A DNA stretch of 64,000 nucleotides from Eledone cirrhosa (taxonomy: Eukaryota): assembly GCA_964016885.1 (NCBI GenBank), contig OZ024742.1:48236001-48300000 (forward strand), read 5' to 3'. Position numbers and translations under genes: made by a program. The first letter of the stretch is position 1. Each line of letters begins with the position of its first letter. Shown piece by piece: positions 12,303 through 25,811 of the stretch. The notes under the pieces were generated by a model. It saw only the letters and a list, made by a program, of their open reading frames with translations, was not told the DNA's origin and ran no database searches.

Positions 12303-13439
12303 GTCTCACAAACTTTAATGTACTTGATTCTTCTCTATCCCTCCGAGCCCTCCATTTCCGGATGGAGCCCTTCAGTCTGAAGCAACGAGCCCCACTCTAC
12401 TTCCTTCTAAGTGTGATCCTAATAAAGTTTGTGTTTTTGCATCCCTGTGTTTGAGTTTTCGTCAACCCTATGTACATACATACACTCGGTAGCCGTCAAT
12501 AATTCAGTTGTACTTGAACCCCGCATTGTGTAGCTCCTCCACAAGATCAGCACGTCGGTGACCTGTCTGAAGAGGGAGCACCATGAAGTGGAGTGGCTGT
12601 TGCAGCGGGAGGTCACGGGCCACACTCCGCTGGAAAATCTGTTGCAGTCTTTTCTGCGGGGTGCAGCCTCATTGCCGCCGCTCCCTAGGTCCAGGACTCA
12701 ATCACTCTTCCCATTCTTCTGTGACACTACACCACTTGTTTTTCCCTTCCTTTTCCGATTTTTAAAAATATCTTCTTATGTTTCATTTCATACCAAAATG
12801 TTAGTTTATATTGCCAGAAATTGAACCATTTGACGTATGCTTTCAGTAACATATTTAGCACTACAGTTTGTTCTTTCCTCTGTGTCATGTTTTATCACGT
12901 ATATCTATTGAAGTATGTTCACATATACTTGTATTTTGATATACATGTATGTATTTAATCCTATTTTTAATATTGTATGTGTTCTTAATTTTTGCTTTAA
13001 CTAATATATGTGTGAATATTATAGTATATATACGTATTCTCGTTCGTGAGTTACTGTATTTAGATGTCAACTTGTTATATCTATGTTAAGTGGTACTATC
13101 ATGTAGATAGATATGTTAATACATATACACGCACTATCAAACAAGCCCAAGTATATCTATATTTACGTATTCATATATATGTCTGCACGCACATATTTAT
13201 ATATATATATATGTATATGCAAGTGCAGTTCTTTGAATGTATGCTTGCATGTATATATATAGGTATAAATATTTGCGTACGTAAGTGTGTATATGGATAT
13301 AAATGTGTATATTTATTTATATATATTTATATATATATATAAAATAAAATATTACTCGGGTGAAAACAAACTAATCTGTGTACTTCGTCGAGTGCTTTAA
13401 TCTGCATACTGAGTTGTCGGTAAACAACCAACATATACT

Positions 13440-13573
<134 letters not shown>

Positions 13574-13619
13574 GATATTAATAAATGGAAACTATATTTA
13601 TAAAACCATATTTATTTCA

Positions 13620-13673
13620 TTATACATATTTCAAGGACACCAAGTTAAATTATGGTGTGCTTTCATCAGATAA
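13620..13673 (-). ncRNA. Hammerhead ribozyme (left palindrome arm)
   Basis: Reverse complement of 13751-13804. Confidence 0.7.
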
Positions 13674-13750
13674 AATATAATATAGAAAAGTTTTATAAAT
13701 AAATATTGTATTTATAAATATATATTTATAAAATTGCTCTATATTATATT

Positions 13751-13804
13751 TTATCTGATGAAAGCACACCATAATTTAACTTGGTGTCCTTGAAATATGT
13801 ATAA
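13751..13804 (+). ncRNA. Hammerhead ribozyme (right palindrome arm)
   Basis: TTA-t-CTGATGA-AAGcACACCA taatttaact TGGTGTcCTT-GAAA-TATG-TA-TAA. Confidence 0.72.
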
Positions 13805-14598
13805 TGAAATAAATATGGTTTTATAAATATAGTTTCCATTTATTAATATCGTATTTTTACTCCAAATATTTGTTGAGTGCTTTATTTGAGTTATAAAAAT
13901 ATTTGGTTGTTGTATCCCAACAATTTAAATATAACTTTACATATATATATATATATATATATAAGTAGAAGTGGTATTTAATTTGTTGGAAGTCCGACAA
14001 ATATAAATGTTTATAACTGATTTAGTGCACTCAACAGCTAATTGGAGTAAATATTCATGATATTAAATAAATGGAAACTATTTTTACAAAACCATATTTA
14101 TTTTATTAATGAAGTAATTCCGTCGGAAAAGTCCAGGAAAAAAGAGTGCTCTATGTAGGAAACAGAGATTAATAGTTATGTAATAAACAACATAAGGCAA
14201 TTATTCCATTAACCAGTGGTTTCTTAAAAGCAAAGAATGTTGCTGTCAATCATCAGAATGAAAAAATCCTGGTGTATTTATTGATATTGGATTCTAAAAA
14301 CAAAAATGCAATCTATATGAAAGTGGGTCTGGAGAAGGAAGAAGGAAAGGAAAAATAAAATAAAACCACCCATGCAAACACACACACGCACACACACAAT
14401 TATATACATACACACATATATATATATACATACACACATATATACACATATATATACATGTGTATATATATACATACACATACACATACATATACACATA
14501 CATACATACACACATAAATATCAACATATCCATACATACACATACATATATACAGCTACACACATATATATACACACACATATATATATATAGATATA

Positions 14599-14644
<46 letters not shown>

Positions 14645-15096
14645 TACACATACACATACATAGCCATACACACATACATATACATACATACACACAATCA
14701 TCCGTATATACACACGTACATACATACACATACATACACACATGTGTGTATATTTTTCTAATTTTGTGCATACATATGCATGCACAAAATTAGAAAAATA
14801 TACACACACCTCTACATATTCACACACGCAAATAAATATTAGAAAAAATATATATAATAATAAAAGACAAAAAAGAAAATAAAGACTATTATAAAGTTGA
14901 CATCGATACAGGCAACAAATAAATGAACAAACACACGTGGTAAGTAACACACACAAATGCACGTATACATACATACGTAAAAGTAAATACATACACACAC
15001 GCTCACACATAAATATACATATAAAAATACTTAAACACATACATACGCATACACAAATACATACACACACACACATATACATATATACACACACAT

Positions 15097-15199
<103 letters not shown>

Positions 15200-15297
15200 T
15201 ATATATATACATATATATACACACACATAGATAAATAGCCATACAATTATACACATACAAATACGTACATATCACAAACAAACACAACCAAATACGA

Positions 15298-15373
<76 letters not shown>

Positions 15374-15414
15374 AAAACCTCATTCTTAGATAATTCATAT
15401 GAACCTTACTTAAC

Positions 15415-15491
<77 letters not shown>

Positions 15492-15980
15492 CACATACAT
15501 ACACATACATACTTACTAACATACACATATATACCTACACACACATATATACAAACACATACGTATGAATACGTACACACACACACATATACATATATAA
15601 CTCAATATATATATATATATATGAGAAAGAACATAGATATTATAAAATTTTATATATAAAAAATTTAGAATACGACAAATAATAAATAAATATATATATA
15701 TATATTTAGAAAAGAGTATAAATGCCCATAGCAGCCCTAGAGCACTCAGAAGTTCATGGAGCAAAAGATCAATGAAAATAATCCTCAAATCACTATATAT
15801 AATGATGCACATACATACACCCTTATACATATATACATATACACACACATACACACAGATACACACACACACACACATAAATGTATATACATACACACAC
15901 ACACGCACATAAATATATATACATACACACACACACACACAATAACCCCAACCACAGGATTACAAACACATACAAAAACG

Positions 15981-16028
<48 letters not shown>

Positions 16029-16089
16029 GGAAAAAGCCTGACCCTACGGCAGAGCTCAAGCGTTTTCTGAGGCTATTATATAAAAACAC

Positions 16090-16270
16090 GGTGGATCGAC
16101 AGTATCGTTAGAGGGTCGGACGCCATGCTTTCCAGCATAGTTACTTCCCTTTACGATCTAAGTTCAAATCCCGCCGAGGTTGACTTTGCCTTTCATCCTT
16201 ACGGGGTCGATAAAATAAAGTACCAGTAATGTACTGGTTAATTGCTGGCCTTGTGCCTAAAGTAGAAACA
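16090..16270 (+). mobile_element. Full-length SINE with 15-bp target-site duplication
   Basis: attatataaaaacac at 16075-16089 and 16271-16285. Confidence 0.93.
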
Positions 16271-16693
16271 ATTATATAAAAACACACAAAACCATTATAT
16301 AAAAAATTAATATCTAAAAATAAAAAAATTGTTGGTATGTGAAGGGTCAGGCAAAAATATAGGGTCGAAAAGGAGGGGGGGAAATGACATAGGGTAAGGC
16401 TTTGTCCTATGTGCGTATATATATATATATATATGTATATATACGTTTTTGTATGTGTGTTTGTAATCCTGTGGTTGGGTTTTTTTTGTGTGTGTGTGTG
16501 TATGTATATATATTTATGTGTGTGTGTGTGTATATGTATATATCTATAAGGGTGTATGTATGTGCATCATTATATATAGTGATTTGATGATTATTTTCAT
16601 TGATCTTTTGGTCCATTAACTTGTTGAGTGCTCTACGTCTGCTATGGGCATTTATACCCTTTTCTAAATATATATATATATTTTTATTTAGTA

Positions 16694-17617
16694 CTAGCAG
16701 TAAAGCCCGGCGTTGCTCGGGGTCGCTCAGTAGCTGTGTGAAAGTTACAATGTTAAGTTTCTTTTTTGGCTTAAAAACTGTAGTGTCTACTGTGCAGACT
16801 TGCATGTGGTGTTTTTGATTAATATTCCCTCAACCAACAATATGCCTTATGAAGTTAAGAAAACATAACGATAACCCGAATGTTATAATAAAAGAGGATG
16901 CTGGGGATAAAACTGCACTGGTTATTTATTAACAAAGATCGAAAATGTAAACACTGCAACGCAGAGAAAAACATTAGCGTAACCAAATTATCAGTTATGT
17001 CTGTCTGCACGCCTATATCACCTCTCTGCACGACTGTCTGTCTGCACGCCTATATCACCTCTCTGCACGACTGTCTGTCTGCCCGCCTATATCACCTCTC
17101 TGCACGACTGTCTGTCTGCACGCGTATATCACCTCTCTGCACAACTGTCTGTCTGCACGACTGTCTGTCTGCACGCCTAACGAAATTTACAGATACATAT
17201 ATTTTAAATAAACTTATATAATTTTTGCTTTTTTTTACGAAATATTTGCTTGTTTTACGTAGTCTTTAAATAGACTTGTTTTCAAGTAAAAATATTGTTT
17301 TAAAATACTTTTAAATGTAATGTATTGTGTTAATGTCATTTTAAACGCTGAGAAAGCCAGCGTAATTTTTTACGTAAGACGCTCAATGTAAACAGAACAA
17401 AGGGAAATAACTGATAACTTACGCTCAAAAATCGATACATTATATTCGATTTCGTCAGATAGGGCGGGTCAATTTGAAATATTTTTTTTCCGATGTCTTC
17501 GCTAGGGCTCAATGTACAAGTATAGCAATTTCGGTGCAATTCCGTGAGAGATTCTAAGAGGAGATGTGTGCCAAAAATCGATAGACAGACAGACAACCTC
17601 AGTTTTATATATATAGA
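16694..17617 (-). mobile_element. Non-autonomous Helitron
   Basis: Minus strand 5' A|TCTATATATATAAAAC..(CTGT)n; 3' GC hairpin CCCGAGCAACGCCGGG then CTAG|T; no TSD; empty site present at ~15670-15700. Confidence 0.9.
16999..17178. repeat. 37-bp minisatellite inside the Helitron
   Basis: tctgtctgcacgcctatatcacctctctgcacgactg, about 4.5 units. Confidence 0.95.
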
Positions 17618-17685
17618 TTTGTCGTATTCCAAATTTTTTATATATAAAATATTTATTTTATAATATTTATGTTTATTTTATTATA

Positions 17686-17739
17686 TTATATATATTTCAA
17701 GGGCAACCAAGACGACATTGGTACCCTTTCATCAGATAA
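17686..17739 (-). ncRNA. Hammerhead ribozyme, relative of the 13.7 kb motif
   Basis: Reverse complement TTA-t-CTGATGA-AAGGGTACCA atgtcgtct TGGtTGCCCTT-GAAA-TATA-TA-TAA. Confidence 0.75.
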
Positions 17740-17820
17740 AATAAAAATGTGTATTTTATATGGTGAAAGCGTACCTTGAAATATATATGGTTTTATAAAT
17801 ATAGTTTCCATTTATTCAAT

Positions 17821-17885
<65 letters not shown>

Positions 17886-18019
17886 CTAATACCACTCTCA
17901 CGAATATATGTATGTATATATATATATATATATATACATACATATATTTGTGAGAGTGTGTTGTGTGTATATATATATATATATATGTAAATACGTGCGT
18001 GCACCCATATATAAATACT

Positions 18020-19822
18020 GGGTGGGGAAATATAGAGAAGTGATTCCCACCAGATTCACAGCGCCATTTATATTAGAAGCAGTCAGACTTATTCTGGAAA
18101 ACAAAACAAACTTCTTCAATGGAAATAATTACATCCAAATTAAAGGCAGAACGATGGGAACGAAGTTTTCTCCTGTTTACGCGAACTCTGTAATGGGATA
18201 CTTAGGACAACAACTCTACCAAGTAATAGAGGAAAAATATAGTACTGACTTTAGAAAGTACATTGACAAATCTTGGGAGAGATACCTTGACGACTCTTTC
18301 ATCAACTGGACAGAATCTCTAGATACTCTGGATTAGTTCAATATCCTCCTGAATAACCAACACCCATCTCTCCAATTTACAAAAGAGATGAGTAGTACCA
18401 AATTACCATTTCTAGATCAAAAACGACACCACCATTACCACGGATATATACTATAAACACACAGACATCCATCAATATCTGAATGTTAAGTCGTGCCATC
18501 CACCTCTTACAAAACGCAACATCCCATACTGCCTAGCCAGAAGAATTTGTACAATTGTAGAAGATACGAATACCAGGAACAAACCCCTAACAGAACTGAG
18601 AGAACTTTTGCTCAAACAAAAATACCCATCTCTACTTATAGAAAATTGCATACAGCGAGCTATAAAAATACCTATACAACAACTTAGGACAACCCAAGGA
18701 CGAAGAAACCAAGAAGTACTGCCGAAGCAAACCTACCGATCATTGCTCAACGTAATGAATTAAAAGGTTTAATCACAGACCGAGTTTGATTCTTATAAAA
18801 GACAGCCGAAAAATTTGAAGCAAATACTAACAACGGCAACGTTTGACCTTAACAACAAAGATCAATCATTTACTGTATCTAAATACAATGATAGTCGATG
18901 TGGCACATGTCAGTTCATGCATACTGATCAATATATGATCACAAAAACTGGAAAAATATTCCAAAATGCAAATATGAACTGCAAAAGCAGAAATCTAATT
19001 TACTGCATTAAATGCCCGAATTGTGAAGAACTATATGTCGGTCAAACTGGAAATGCACTATCGGAAAGTGCACAGGTGCACCTACAGCAAATCAAAGACC
19101 CACATGTCCGTCAGGTACCCCTGAGTAACCATCTAGCAACATGTGGTCAGAAAATATTTATAATATTTCCATTCTACAAACTACACAGCCCAAGTGAAAT
19201 CAAGAGAAAAATTAAAGCAAAGATTTTTATTGATAAATTCCAACCCAAGCTAAATGAACAATAATAATGCCTGGGGGTATTACTCCTACGCCTACGACCA
19301 TGTTGACTACCACCACTAACAGCAACAACAACAATAATAATAATAATAAAAGTGATGTTGATGTTGATGATTACTGAAGATTTTTTATAAAAACACTAGA
19401 AAATGCTATTTCATCATTTCTAAAAATAGCAAAACAATTGATGCTTTGGATAGGGTCAAATAGAAGTCGTTAGACATGCTCAACCAACCGTGACGCCTAA
19501 ACCAATCAGCTTTAGTAATCTAGTGAAACCACACACCGATTGGTCCAAATACAGTTTGCAAAACTGTAGCCCTTTTTATTGTATATAAGGCACAGATTTT
19601 AGCCATCTCATTACAGTTCAAAATTGGCAACTTGACTGTCACCACTGAATATGAACCTGAATATTGCGAAAGCATGAAAGTACTTGTTCAATTAACATTT
19701 AACATTTAATATTCTACCATACAATTTCATTATAATATCATTATAATTTTAAAGGCTTTTAAATAAAACGAGTAAATCAGACATAATATAATCTTCTATA
19801 CACAATCATACACACCCGTGTA
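18020..19822 (+). mobile_element. 5'-truncated Neptune-like PLE (RT + Cys-rich linker + GIY-YIG + 3' pseudo-LTR)
   Basis: QIKGRTMGTKFSPVYAN, RYLDD, RCGTC, LIYCIKCPNCEELYVGQTG, HLQQI..SNH, FQPKLN. Confidence 0.92.
19652..19690 (+). ncRNA. Minimal hammerhead ribozyme (G8>T in this copy)
   Basis: TGAAC-CTGAATA-tTGC gaaa GCAt-GAAA-GTAC-TT-GTTCA. Confidence 0.7.
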
Positions 19823-19853
19823 TATATATATATTTATTAAAATAACAGATTAA

Positions 19854-19904
19854 ATTTTAAGCAAAGAATCGCTGCTTTCACCCTTAACGGGATCTTCTGA
19901 AACT
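19854..19904 (-). ncRNA. Hammerhead-like motif with CAGAAGA core
   Basis: Reverse complement AGTTT-CAGAAGA-tCCC gttaa GGGt-GAAA-GCA..TGC-TT-AAAAT; inverted partner at 23934. Confidence 0.55.
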
Positions 19905-19907
19905 GAA

Positions 19908-19938
<31 letters not shown>

Positions 19939-20088
19939 ATATATATATATTAGAAAGTGAGGTTTTTTTTACAAAATGAAAAATAACGGAGGTGTCCTAC
20001 ACGAGTGAAAGTATAAAGAAAAAATTATGAAATCGAAAATTCAACTGGAGTCTTATTTTTTTTAAAAATATATATATTTATTTGGTTC

Positions 20089-20124
20089 CTTTACCGGTTT
20101 CGCAGTTCTTCTGCTTTTCAAAAG
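20089..20124 (-). ncRNA. Minimal hammerhead ribozyme, U3-A8 core
   Basis: Reverse complement CTT-TTGAAAA-GCAG aagaa CTGC-GAAA-CCGG-TA-AAG. Confidence 0.8.
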
Positions 20125-20988
20125 TAGAGTTGTGATGGAGGGTCTGTGGTTTTTCTCACACCTGGTTGGTCTCTGAATGTTACTTGTTTTATATGGAAAA
20201 AGTGGCTCGAAATGCCAGGTTTTTCGAGAAGTAATTTGATTGGTTGGTCAATAGTTATAATAAACTTCGCGCCAGTTCGCGTTACAATAGTTCTTCAAAT
20301 AAGAGTGGGGGGTTGTCACTGGTTGTTTTTTCATATATGAGTGTTTGAATTTCTTTTTACATGAAAAAAGGGGCTCACGAAAGCTTTCTTTTTAAATAAG
20401 CGTAATTTGATTGGTTATAAATGAAATGATGGCTGTCACGTGAACAAGTTTTCATTAAATTTTCGCCCCTTTATTTGGAAATCCATTCTGTAGCCTTTTT
20501 AAAGAATTTTATGATAAGTAAAAGATAATGGTCAAGAGAAATGGGATGGGAGAATTGTTCTGGTTCAGTGAATATGGTTAGTTCGCTGGGGTGTCAGAAT
20601 TCAGATTTACTATTGAATAAAGAAAGTAAAGATATGTATGTTTATTTGTGAGCTTGTGTGTGTGTGCGTGTGTGTGGTGTGTGTGTGTTTGAATTTCTTT
20701 TTACTTAAAAAAAAGGTGGCTCACGAAGGCTTTTTTTTAATAAACGTAATTTGATTGGTTATAAAATGAAATTTGGCTGTCACGTGAACAAGTTTTCATT
20801 ACATTTTCGCGCCCTTATTTAGAAATCTATTCTGTAGCCTTTTTAGAGAATGTTATGACAAACAAAAGATAGTGGTCAAGAGAAATGAGATGGGAGAATT
20901 GTTCTGGTTCAGTGAATATGGTTTGTTCGCTGGGGTGTCAGCGTTCTGAATTTCTATTGAAGTAAAGATATGTATGTTTATTTGGTGC

Positions 20989-21074
<86 letters not shown>

Positions 21075-21529
21075 TGGAAGATGATTCTATTAGTAGAAAT
21101 GGGGGAGGGAGTTGTGTGTGTGTGTATATGGGTGTTATGTGTGTGTGTGCGCGAGTATGTTAAGATGGAGAGAATATATATTTTGTGTGTGTGTATATAT
21201 GTGTGTAGGAAAGTGGTTCTATTTCGTAGAAATGGGGGAAGGAGTTGTGGGTGTGGGGGTTGTTATGTGTGTGGGAGTATGGTTAGCATGTTAAGATGAA
21301 AATAATATATATATATATTGTGTGTGTGTGTGTGTGTGTGTGTAGGAAAATGATTCCTTTAGTAGGAATATTTTTGAATGGACATATTTTCCTTACTTAT
21401 TCGTATTTGTTCTGTTGTATTGTCAGTGCAAACGTATGTTAAGGTTTATTTAGTTCGTGTTTTTATTTTCTAAAGTAGAAGGTGTTATGTGTGTGTGTAT
21501 GTCATATTATGGTGTTGACATAATGTATA

Positions 21530-21990
21530 TTAAACCATATTTAATGCTGGTCTATATTTTTGAATAAACATATTTTCCTTATTTATTCGTATTTGTTCTG
21601 TTGTATTGTTACCGCAAAGGTAAAATTGGAAGACTTTGAATTTGGGTGTATTATTACTTGTGCAAATGTCTAGATGTGCGCTTAGTGGTATCTGTCTCGT
21701 GGTTGGATCTCGTAATTGTTGGCGATGAACTGTCATTCTGTTTTTGAGTGTGAGTTTAGTTTGTCCTATATAATCTTCATGCGTCCTTTACATTTAATGG
21801 CATAAAGTAGATTTTATTATGAGCAAGTGAAGAGATTTTTTACAGTAAAATTTTGTCCTGATTTAAATGTATACGTGTTGCCTTCAATGAGGTGAGTGCA
21901 GGTTCCACAATTAGAGCGACCACATTTTTTGATACTTGGTTGTGGGTTTGTGGTAGGTAATTTGGCATTGGTGAGTAATGTCAGGTATGT
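21530..21990 (-). pseudogene. PLE GIY-YIG endonuclease remnant
   Basis: KCGRSNCGTC, YIGQT, HRQQLRDP..PLSAH, FIQKYRPALN. Confidence 0.85.
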
Positions 21991-22800
21991 CCCCTGTTGT
22001 TGTGTGGTCTTGTATAGAAGTTTCGGACGTATTGAGGTTCGGTTTGTTGATAGTCCGGGTTGTAGATTTTGTTCCTTTGTGTGGGTTGGGATCTACGGTT
22101 TTGGAACAGGCTCTGTGTGGGCAGGGGTCTACGGTTTGGGAATAGGTTCTGTGTGGGCTGTGATCTGCGGATCGGGTCCTGCCTTGTGTTCGGGGATCTT
22201 CGGTTTTTGTTAGTAGGGTTATAGTTTTGTCTATGGTTTCTGGGATTATCGTTATAGTTTTGCTGGGGGTATGTTGGACGTTTTATTACTTTTTTTGTTA
22301 TTTGTTGTGCATGTGGTGTGTGAGTTTTAGTTTGTTTTAAAAATGGGTTACCTGTATGTTGTTCATGTTTGAAGTCCATTTCGTAGTTGTTGAACCAGGT
22401 GGCGTTTTTTTCCCATCGCTGGAGTGATGTTAGTTCTTCATCCTCACAGTTTTCTTTCCAAAGTTTTAGGGTTTTTTGTAGAGTAGGCCTTCAGAGTGCT
22501 TTGAGATTTCTGTGTCCATCTGTTGGTCGAGTGACTTGAATTTTTCTTCGTTGGAGTTGGCTCTTAATCTCAACCGTTCTATTTCCGTTTTAAATTTTTC
22601 CAACGCCATCTTTTCCCTAAGTCTTTGTTGGTTTTTTGGTTCATTCGGGATGGGTTTTATTTGGAGTTTTTTGGTGAGGATGATTGGGGTAGAGTTTAGC
22701 CACTTTTCATATATGTCTGCCTTGCCATTATTTTTTAGGAGATTCCAAAGGGCGAATTTGCGGGCTGTGAGCTTTTGAGTCCATATGTAGATTAGGGTGT
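21991..22800 (-). pseudogene. Coiled-coil and low-complexity ORF remnant, probable PLE N-terminus
   Basis: QQRLREKMALEKFKTEIERLRLRANSNEEKFKSLDQQM; RRSQPTQ 11-aa repeats. Confidence 0.5.
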
Positions 22801-23459
22801 TTTTCACGTGACAGCCAAATTTCATTTATAACCAATCAAATTACATTTATTAAATAAAAGCCTTCGTGAGCCACCTTTTTTTTAAGTAAAAATAAATTCA
22901 CCCCCCCCCCCCCCCCACACACACACACAAGCACGCACATAAACATACATGTCTTTACATTCTTTATTCAATAGGAAATCTGAATTCTGACAACCCCAGC
23001 GAACTAACCATATTCACTGAACCAGAACAATTCTCCCATCCCATTTCTCTTGACCATTATCTTTTACTTATCATAAAATTCTCTAAAAAGGCTACAGAAT
23101 GGATTTCCAAATAAGGGCGCGAAAATTTAATGAATACTTGTTCACGTGACAGCCATAATTTCATTTATAACCAATAAAATTACGCTTATTTAAAAAAAAA
23201 GCCTTCGTGAGCCCTTTTTTCATGTAAAAAGAAATTCAAACACTCATATATGAAAAAAACAACCTGTGACAACCCCCCCTCTTATTTGAAGAACTATTGT
23301 AACGCGAACTGGCGCGAAATTTATTATAATTATTGACCAACAAATCAAATTACTTCTCGAAAAACCTGGCATTTCGAGCCACTTTTTCCATATAAAACAA
23401 GTAACATTCAGAGACCAACCAGATGTGAGAAAAACCACAGACCCTCCATCTCAACTCTA

Positions 23460-23495
23460 CTTTTGAAAGGCAGAAGAACTGCGAAATCGGTAAAG
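23460..23495 (+). ncRNA. Minimal hammerhead ribozyme (mutated copy)
   Basis: CTT-TTGAAAG-GCAG aagaa CTGC-GAAA-TCGG-TA-AAG. Confidence 0.68.
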
Positions 23496-23559
23496 GAACC
23501 AAATAAATATATATATTTTTAAAAAAAAATAAGACTCCAGTTGCATTTTCGATTACATC

Positions 23560-23646
<87 letters not shown>

Positions 23647-23933
23647 ATAATAATAAATTTGAAGACTAAATTCCTGTATTACAGCTCCACATTATACCCT
23701 AACGGATAGTACGATCTATACGTGGATATTTTACGTCTTGATGTGGTAGCTAAGTATATGTTATGTTTATACCATTACTTTTTGTACCATTAATTATTTA
23801 TACCGTTTATTATTTATAGCATTACTTATTTGCATGGGGAACGTTTCCACGAACCGAGTATCGTATTCCTGTCTTCCTCCGGTTGCAACGGTTTTTGAAT
23901 TATCCGCTTCTGCGTTTACAGATTGACTTTGTT

Positions 23934-23984
23934 AGTCTCAGAAGATCCCGTTAAGGATGAAAGCAGCGATCCTTTGCTTAAACT
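23934..23984 (+). ncRNA. Hammerhead-like motif with CAGAAGA core
   Basis: AGTCT-CAGAAGA-tccc gttaa ggat-GAAA-GCA..TGC-TT-AAACT. Confidence 0.55.
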
Positions 23985-24004
23985 TTAATCTGTTATTTTA
24001 ATAA

Positions 24005-24041
<37 letters not shown>

Positions 24042-24136
24042 CATATAAAATATATATAAAGTCATAAATATATATGTGTTTGCAACGGGGAGGAAACGGT
24101 ATATATTTTATCTGGCGATTCTATAGACATGTTTTA

Positions 24137-24201
<65 letters not shown>

Positions 24202-24574
24202 TATATTTATGATATATATGCATAATATTTTTGGCTTTTACTTAACTAAAAATTGGTTTAATCGTTGATCGAAATTTTCTTTGAAGTAAGTATCATACGT
24301 TTTCTATAAAGTCTACAGCTATCCACATGAAATGAAATTGTGCAATCCTATATTGTTGTCTTTAGATTCTCTTGACTAATTTTATCGAATCGTATAACAA
24401 TGTTCCGGATTATTCACACTGCTATTGAGTCTTTCACATATATTTAAATACCGTGAATAGTTAAATAAATTTGAAATACAAATTTGAAGTACACATTGTT
24501 ATTTATAGAAATTAAAATATGTTACAGATTACTTGTATACATTAAAACGTAAATGTAAGAGTGCTCGACTTGTG

Positions 24575-24710
24575 CGGTTGGCGAGTAGTATGAAATGCAT
24601 TACTGAATTTACTAGCTGCTATCTACATTTTGGTTTCTAAAGACCCCGATGTCACATTTGCCAATCATCTTTCCACGCTCGATAGAATAAAGTACCAGTG
24701 AAGTACTGAA
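24575..24710 (+). mobile_element. Old diverged SINE copy
   Basis: tttgccaatcatctttccacgctcgatagaataaagtaccag resembles the SINE core. Confidence 0.5.
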
Positions 24711-25235
24711 TTTCTGTCTGATAAAGACGTCCCATGATCAAATGAGTATCATAATTTAACCTGTAACATAATTTAACATATGATTTGAGCGGAATTTGAT
24801 AAATATTTCTTGCAGATTTGACCACATATTCGAAATTTGACTCGGGATAGAGGGTTCTCGTGAAATAGTGAATTGGATTGATTAGATTAATTTATGGTGA
24901 ATGGGTTTTGCTCTAAGTGTTTTTATTGCTTGACTTATTATTTTTCTCTTGGTCCTACTTGTACGTGCATTATTAGACAAAATCCAACGAAGTGATGTTA
25001 CATAAATTTCATTTGTGGGCCTTATCACTTGCATGATAAGTTTACGAAGATTTCAGCACTGATATGTTGGCCTCATTAAATTGTATAATAATGCATTTAT
25101 TTTCAATTGATAACGGTAAACCCTCATATTCCTGTCCATGAAACTATTGCGCATACAATTTAGAATATTTGTACCTTGTGAAAAGAAACTGCCATGAACA
25201 CACACACAGTAATTTGAATATAGTTGTGTGCACAG

Positions 25236-25271
<36 letters not shown>

Positions 25272-25569
25272 AGTGGAAGCTTAGTAAAATCGAAGCTTTG
25301 GCTGTGGCCAAGGAAAGTCGACTTACAATAAGGAATGAGCAGCAAAGCAATCATTAAGGGTAGGTCCTTATAGTAATAACATACGTTTAAATAGCTTGAC
25401 AAATTGAAAATTGCGCTCAGCAAAACCCAACCATACAATACCAAAGTAACGAGAGAACTAATCAGGTTAAAAAGCAGATATGACAGATTGAACGATATTC
25501 TGCAATACGTCCGATATTTGTTTCTATGAAATCGAAATCATCTATCCAACTTACGTAACACGTAAGCTT

Positions 25570-25684
<115 letters not shown>

Positions 25685-25761
25685 GGTATTTGAGGGAAAA
25701 GAGTATTCATCAATACCGCAGTAGAATTTTAATATTCATTTTATTAAGTCTGAATAGTGAG

Positions 25762-25811
25762 TTTAGTTACTCTGGAGTTTCCCCTGTTTATCACAGTGTC
25801 ATCAGATAAAA
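25762..25811 (-). ncRNA. Hammerhead ribozyme in the PLE 3' end (weak stem I)
   Basis: Reverse complement CTGATGA-CACTG tgataaa CAGGG-GAAA-CTCCAGAG-TA, followed by AATAAA. Confidence 0.62.

Larger units (their letters stand above)
15610..17685. repeat. Inverted repeat pair: 15610-16030 versus 16410-16693 + 17618-17685
   Basis: aaaagagtataaatgcccatagcag versus ctgctatgggcatttatacccttt; right arm split by a Helitron. Confidence 0.85.
19950..23560 (-). mobile_element. Internally deleted Neptune-like PLE with inverted arms
   Basis: 20025-20788 is the reverse complement of 22803-23560; internal ~345-bp duplication in the arm; GIY-YIG remnant at 21530-21990. Confidence 0.88.

Noticed and set aside
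12310-12770. GC-richer island, possible host exon
   Set aside because: No clear splice or ORF support; more likely a LINE ORF1 relic
16999-17178. Regular 37-bp repeats resembling a CRISPR array
   Set aside because: Contiguous tandem units without unique spacers, no cas genes, eukaryotic context
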